DNA of 64,000 nucleotides from Lonsdalea iberica (GTDB lineage Bacteria; Pseudomonadota; Gammaproteobacteria; Enterobacterales; Enterobacteriaceae): NCBI RefSeq assembly GCF_002111585.1, contig NZ_LUTP01000008.1, positions 49,995 to 113,994 of the forward strand, read 5' to 3'. Shown piece by piece: positions 59,461 to 64,000 of this stretch (position 1 is its first letter; each line of letters starts with the position of its first letter). The notes under the pieces were generated by a model. It saw only the letters and a program-made list of their open reading frames with translations, ran no database searches and was not told where the DNA came from. The position numbers and the translations under genes were made by a program.

Positions 59461-60597
59461 ATGTTTAAGACCATCACAATTCGTAAAGGTCAGTTGGGTT
59501 TGGTGAGCCAGGACGGCGATTACCTGCGGGTGTTGGAAGCGGGCCGACACCGCATTCCCTGTTGGTTTAATCGGCAAAAGATCGACGTAGTTTCTTTGGA
59601 TGGGACTGAAGTGTTGGCGCCTTTGGACGACTATCTGCGCCAGTACCATCCGGAGTGGGTAAAACAGTTTTGTTTGGATGTGGTGCTGCCGGAAGAGGCG
59701 ATTGGGCTTCGCTACGACCATGATGTGTTGCAGGAAATCCTGCCGCCCGCCACGCGCCGACTTTACTGGCGTAAAGACGAGCATCAGCGTGTCGAACAGG
59801 TGAAAACCGACGACATCCGGGTGCCGGACGCGCTGGTGTCTGCTCTCTTGCAGCCGACGCTGCGTCAGCGACACGTCATCGGCCATGCCGGCGTCTTGCT
59901 GGCGCAGGTTCCGGCCTGGCATCTCGGCCTCCTGAAGGTGGATGGCGCGGCGCAGGAGCTGTTGCCGCCGGGCGTCAGCGGGTACTGGCGTTTTAATCAC
60001 AGCGTAGAGGTGGAGCTGGTAAACACGCGCCAGCAGGCATTGGAAGTGAGCGGGCAGGAAATTTTGACGCGCGACAAGGTCAATCTTCGGCTGAATCTGG
60101 TGGCGAACTGGCGCTACAGCGACGTTTTGACGGCATTCGGCCAGTTAACGAAACCGGTGGATTCGCTGTACCGCGAGCTTCAGTTCGCGTTACGTGAAGC
60201 GGTGGGAACCCGCACGCTGGATGAACTGTTGGAAAACAAGCACACCATCGATGATCGGGTCAACGCGCAGGTCTGTGAAAAAATGGCCGGTTATGGCATT
60301 GACGTCGTTTCTCTGGGGGTGAAAGACATTGTGTTGCCGGGCGATATGAAAACCATCCTGTCTCAGGTGGTCGAAGCGGAAAAGGCGGCGCAGGCCAACG
60401 TGATACGACGCCGGGAAGAGACGTCGGCGACGCGTTCCCTGTTGAATACCGCCAAAGTGATGGAGAACAACCCGGTCGCCCTGCGCCTGAAAGAGTTGGA
60501 AACGCTGGAGCGCGTAGCAGAGCGCATCGATAAGATTTCCGTGTTTGGCGGATTGGACCAGGTGTTGAACGGGTTGGTGAACTTGAAAGTCGCATAG
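59461..60597 (+). CDS. SPFH/band-7 (slipin-like) domain protein, soluble, with about 170-aa uncharacterised N-terminal domain
   Basis: 378 aa. C-terminal stomatin/prohibitin-like region (VNLRLNLVANWRY...DVVSLGVKDIVLPGDMKTILSQVVEAEKAAQANVIRRREETSA...). No TM segment. AGGAG Shine-Dalgarno. Confidence 0.7.
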   Translation: MFKTITIRKGQLGLVSQDGDYLRVLEAGRHRIPCWFNRQKIDVVSLDGTEVLAPLDDYLRQYHPEWVKQFCLDVVLPEEAIGLRYDHDVLQEILPPATRRLYWRKDEHQRVEQVKTDDIRVPDALVSALLQPTLRQRHVIGHAGVLLAQVPAWHLGLLKVDGAAQELLPPGVSGYWRFNHSVEVELVNTRQQALEVSGQEILTRDKVNLRLNLVANWRYSDVLTAFGQLTKPVDSLYRELQFALREAVGTRTLDELLENKHTIDDRVNAQVCEKMAGYGIDVVSLGVKDIVLPGDMKTILSQVVEAEKAAQANVIRRREETSATRSLLNTAKVMENNPVALRLKELETLERVAERIDKISVFGGLDQVLNGLVNLKVA

Positions 60598-60632
60598 CGC
60601 GCGGCGACGTTTCAAAAAAGGAGGAGAGGGAT

Positions 60633-61415
60633 ATGACATTGGCATCTCAGGGCGTTAGCGAAAAAATGAAACATCAGATCAACGCGGCGCTGGACGAAGT
60701 GGAAGGGGAGTTCGATGTCCGCATCCTGTATGCCTGCGAGTCCGGTAGCCGCGGCTGGGGATTCGCCTCGCCAGACAGTGATTATGATGTCCGATTTATC
60801 TACGTTCATCCGCCGGAGTGGTATCTGCGGGTTGAACCGCAGCGTGATGTCATCGAACGTCCGCTGACGGCGGAGTTGGACGTGTGCGGTTGGGAACTGC
60901 GAAAGGCGTTAGCGCTATTGAACCGGGGCAATCCCACGATGATCGAATGGCTGGATTCGCCGGTGGCCTATCGGCAGGACGACATGGCGACAGACCGGCT
61001 GCGGCAGTTGATCCCCGACTGCTTTTCCGCGCTCAAGGCGAGTCATCATTATCTCTCCATCGCGCGTAAAAATTTCCGGACCTATTTGCTGGGTGAGCGT
61101 GTGCGGCTGAAAAAGTATTTTTACGTCCTTCGCTCGCTGCTCGCAGTGCAGTGGATTGCCGAGGGGAAGGGGGCGCCGCCCATGCAGTTCGAGGTGTTAC
61201 TGAACGCGATGGTAACGGATCCTGCGTTGCTGGAGGAGGTTCGCGCGTTGTTGAAACTGAAATGCAGCGCGGTGGAAACGGATACGGTAGAGCGGCAACC
61301 GCATATCCACGCGTTTATCGTACGATCGCTGGAAACCGTGACGGTGACCTCGCAACCGGCGAAGGACAAACGCATCAATGCCGCGTTGGATCGGCTGTTT
61401 TATGAGGGCATCTAA
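60633..61415 (+). CDS. minimal nucleotidyltransferase (Pol-beta superfamily, PF10127-like, the family annotated as RNA-repair-associated NTase)
   Basis: 260 aa. ILYACESGSRGWGFASPDSDYDVRFIY matches the GS...D.D NTase active site. GGAGAGGG Shine-Dalgarno. Confidence 0.7.
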   Translation: MTLASQGVSEKMKHQINAALDEVEGEFDVRILYACESGSRGWGFASPDSDYDVRFIYVHPPEWYLRVEPQRDVIERPLTAELDVCGWELRKALALLNRGNPTMIEWLDSPVAYRQDDMATDRLRQLIPDCFSALKASHHYLSIARKNFRTYLLGERVRLKKYFYVLRSLLAVQWIAEGKGAPPMQFEVLLNAMVTDPALLEEVRALLKLKCSAVETDTVERQPHIHAFIVRSLETVTVTSQPAKDKRINAALDRLFYEGI

Positions 61416-61581
61416 CGTTGCGCGAGGCCCCGTAAGGCGGCCTCGCCTATTGCACTGATTTCAAAAATCCTCCCAAGGCGCTTCGCGTTTCTGACTACAA
61501 TCACGCTGCGATCTTTGCCGGAATAAGATCTCTGGCGTTACACTCTATATAACTTTTTATTCACACAACCTGGATCTCCCA

Positions 61582-62934
61582 ATGACTAAACATTATGACT
61601 ATCTCGCCATTGGCGGCGGCAGCGGCGGCATTGCCTCCATTAACCGTGCGGCCATGTACGGCAAGAAATGCGCGTTGATTGAAGCCAAATATCTGGGCGG
61701 GACCTGTGTGAACGTGGGCTGCGTACCGAAAAAGGTGATGTGGCATGCGGCGCAGATCGCCGAGGCTATCCACAACTACGGTCCCGACTATGGTTTTGAC
61801 GTCACGGTCAACGGCTTCAATTGGGACACGCTGGTGAAAAACCGCAGTGCCTACATCGATCGTATCCATCACTCCTATGACAACGTGTTGGGTAAGAACC
61901 AGGTTGAGGTGATCCGCGGTTTCGCCCGGTTCGTGGACGCCCACACGGTGGAAGTGAACGGCGAGAAAATCACCGCCGACCACATTCTGATCGCCACCGG
62001 CGGTCGTCCCACGCTGCCGGATGTGCCCGGTGCGGAATACGGCATCAACTCCGACGGGTTCTTTGAGCTGGAGGCGCTGCCGAAGCGCGTCGCCGTGGTT
62101 GGCGCAGGCTACATCGCCGTGGAAATCGCCGGCGTGCTGAACGCGCTGGGGGCGGAAACCCACCTGTTTGTCCGTAAACATGCGCCGCTGCGCCAGTTCG
62201 ACCCGCTGATTGTGGATACGCTGGTGGAAGTGATGAAGGCGGAAGGACCGTCGCTGCACACCGAGTCCACGCCTAAAGCGGTGGTGAAAAACGGCGACGG
62301 CAGCCTGACGCTGCAATTGGAAGACGGCAAAACGCAGACGGTAGATTGCCTGATTTGGGCGATTGGCCGTCAACCCGCCACCGATAACCTCAACCTTGAG
62401 GCGGCGGGCGTCGCGCTGGACGATCGCGGTTATGTGAAGGTTGATAAATTCCAGAACACTAACGTTCCCGGCGTCTACGCCGTGGGCGACAACACGGGCG
62501 CGGTCGAGCTAACGCCGGTGGCGGTCGCGGCAGGACGTCGTCTGTCGGAGCGCCTGTTCAACAACAAGCCGAACGAGCACTTGGACTACAGCAATATTCC
62601 TACCGTGGTGTTCAGCCATCCCCCTATTGGCACCGTGGGGATGACCGAGCCGCAGGCGTGCGAGAAGTACGGCGACGAGCAGGTCAAAGTCTACCAATCC
62701 TCCTTTACCGCGATGTATACCGCCGTCACGCAGCACCGTCAGCCGTGCCGCATGAAATTGGTGTGCGCCGGCCCGGAAGAAAAAGTGGTGGGTGTTCACG
62801 GCATCGGCTTTGGCGTAGATGAAATGCTGCAGGGCTTCGCCGTTGCAGTGAAAATGGGCGCCACCAAGCAGGACTTCGACAACACCGTCGCCATCCACCC
62901 GACCGGGGCGGAAGAGTTCGTCACCATGCGCTAA
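61582..62934 (+). CDS. gor: glutathione-disulfide reductase
   Basis: 450 aa beginning [51 protein letters not shown], with the redox-active CVNVGC motif. Confidence 0.9.
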   Translation: MTKHYDYLAIGGGSGGIASINRAAMYGKKCALIEAKYLGGTCVNVGCVPKKVMWHAAQIAEAIHNYGPDYGFDVTVNGFNWDTLVKNRSAYIDRIHHSYDNVLGKNQVEVIRGFARFVDAHTVEVNGEKITADHILIATGGRPTLPDVPGAEYGINSDGFFELEALPKRVAVVGAGYIAVEIAGVLNALGAETHLFVRKHAPLRQFDPLIVDTLVEVMKAEGPSLHTESTPKAVVKNGDGSLTLQLEDGKTQTVDCLIWAIGRQPATDNLNLEAAGVALDDRGYVKVDKFQNTNVPGVYAVGDNTGAVELTPVAVAAGRRLSERLFNNKPNEHLDYSNIPTVVFSHPPIGTVGMTEPQACEKYGDEQVKVYQSSFTAMYTAVTQHRQPCRMKLVCAGPEEKVVGVHGIGFGVDEMLQGFAVAVKMGATKQDFDNTVAIHPTGAEEFVTMR

Positions 62935-62981
62935 CAAAACGCCGCGAGTCAGGCGCTGACGACGTGTTCGTCATCACGAGA

Positions 62982-63008
62982 GCCGGGCATTCAGCGCCCG
63001 GCTTTTTG
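62982..63008 (+). terminator. rho-independent terminator of gor
   Basis: GCCGGGC-ATTCAGC-GCCCGGC-TTTTT. Confidence 0.5.
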
Positions 63009-63153
63009 CCACCAAGACAGTGCGAAAATGTCGTTCTCGCCGCGTTGTGCAATGCTTCATCCCGTTTGGGGGTTTCATGTCCGTGGGGAGCGACGCTTTT
63101 GTCGAACGCGTGAGTCATTATCATGTCATCACGATCAGGGAGACCGAGACCTC

Positions 63154-63654
63154 ATGCCCACCCTTTTTCTTTTCTACGTTGGCGGCAGCGCGCCAGGCGC
63201 CAACATCGAATTACACGACGTCCAGTTTGCCGCGGTCGACGAGCCGGAAGACGCTTTCCCTCTCCTCAAGACCGCCTGGTTCGGCGACAAGAAACAGATC
63301 CACGTCGATAGCTACACGCCGATTCAGTGGGCTGACGGCTATGACATCACGCTGAGCGAGACGCCTTCGGCATCGACTCAGCGGCTGTGGTTCATCAATA
63401 TGGGCGGCTACCTGCCGGGCGAGCCCGCGGAATTGCACCAGTTCGGCTTGTTTGTCGCCCCGACGGCGGATGAGGCGAAGAAACAGGCCAAAAAAGTTCT
63501 GTTGCATGACACGTTCAAACAGCACAAAGATGACCTGCGGGATGTCGATGATTGCCTGCTGCTGCACCAGCTGAACGGGTGGCACATCCATCTCACGCCC
63601 AATACACACGGCGCCCCTGCCGCGCCCCTTTGGCAGGGATATCTGCCGATTTAA
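63154..63654 (+). CDS. hypothetical protein, DUF1543-like
   Basis: Probable start MPTLFLFYVGGSAPGANIELHDVQFAAVD. The ORF caller's start at 63028 is longer. Confidence 0.4.
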   Translation: MPTLFLFYVGGSAPGANIELHDVQFAAVDEPEDAFPLLKTAWFGDKKQIHVDSYTPIQWADGYDITLSETPSASTQRLWFINMGGYLPGEPAELHQFGLFVAPTADEAKKQAKKVLLHDTFKQHKDDLRDVDDCLLLHQLNGWHIHLTPNTHGAPAAPLWQGYLPI

Positions 63655-63920
63655 TACCTGATGCTGGCGCAGGTTAGATGGACGGCTATTTCTGCTGAGG
63701 GTTTGCACATCAGATTGCAATGTGACCCTTAAGGTGGGGCAAAGTTAATAGAGTGTGATGCGTTTAAAAAAGGCATGATAATTCAGTGCTTTTCAACGCA
63801 ATCCGCTGTTGATCTCTGTGGCAGAGCAGAGCAGGGCAAATGCATGGCGATGATGCGTATTGTGTCTTCGCGGGTAGGGAGCGACGCGGACTAAAACTGT
63901 CCACGCCGCGTACGGCATGC

Positions 63921-64000
63921 TTAGTGGAACAGTGAAACCAGGTTGCCAAGAAGAATCCCCACGATACCGAAGTCAGCGTCGCCGAAGGTGGTGGCCGCCA
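63921..64000 (-). CDS. 3' end of a small hydrophobic protein gene (runs off window)
   Basis: Open minus-strand frame ending ...AATTFGDADFGIVGILLGNLVSLFH* at 63921. Identity unknown. Confidence 0.2.
   Translation of the reverse strand, partial: AATTFGDADFGIVGILLGNLVSLFH

Overview
Enterobacterales chromosomal window. Core genes such as DnaA, GyrB, RecF, RnpA, YidC, MnmE, PrlC and Gor are close to their E. coli orthologues, but synteny with E. coli is broken in several places. Two accessory systems stand out:

1. **Gibberellin operon (about 26.2-37.3 kb, minus strand).** A complete bacterial gibberellin (GA) biosynthesis operon, ordered cyp115-cyp112-cyp114-fd-sdr-cyp117-ggps-cps-ks-idi. It sits between the kdpFABC promoter and the mnmE terminator. 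The genes are tightly packed, and two of them carry apparent frameshifts.
2. **RtcR-linked dyad (about 57.4-61.4 kb).** The sigma54 enhancer-binding protein RtcR is divergently coupled, through a canonical -24/-12 promoter and a roughly 340-nt leader, to a two-gene operon. The operon encodes a soluble SPFH/band-7 (slipin-like) protein and a minimal nucleotidyltransferase. No rtcB or rtcA is present. An RNase BN/Z gene lies directly downstream of rtcR.

Other content:
- yieH-adeP-PPTase block; frameshifted aegA-like oxidoreductase with a ferredoxin partner.
- AT-rich islet carrying a FUSC-like membrane protein and an EamA transporter.
- Mosaic locus combining a polar amino acid ABC transporter with pxpABC (5-oxoprolinase), an aminotransferase, a LysR regulator and an SDR.
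- kdpFABC with a frameshifted kdpC, a retained KdpE-like operator, and no adjacent kdpDE.
- rpmH-rnpA-yidD-yidC-mnmE on the minus strand and dnaA-dnaN-recF-gyrB on the plus strand, with a GATC-rich dnaA promoter.
- A secreted polysaccharide-lyase-like gene, rsmJ-prlC with a sigma32-like promoter, an orphan GH32 fructofuranosidase, rlmJ and gor.

Four apparent single-nucleotide frameshifts occur in aegA, kdpC, the GA-operon ferredoxin and cyp112, so either the assembly has indel errors or the lineage is accumulating pseudogenes. No rRNA, tRNA, CRISPR array or IS element was recognised. Hand-derived coordinates may be off by 1-2 nt.
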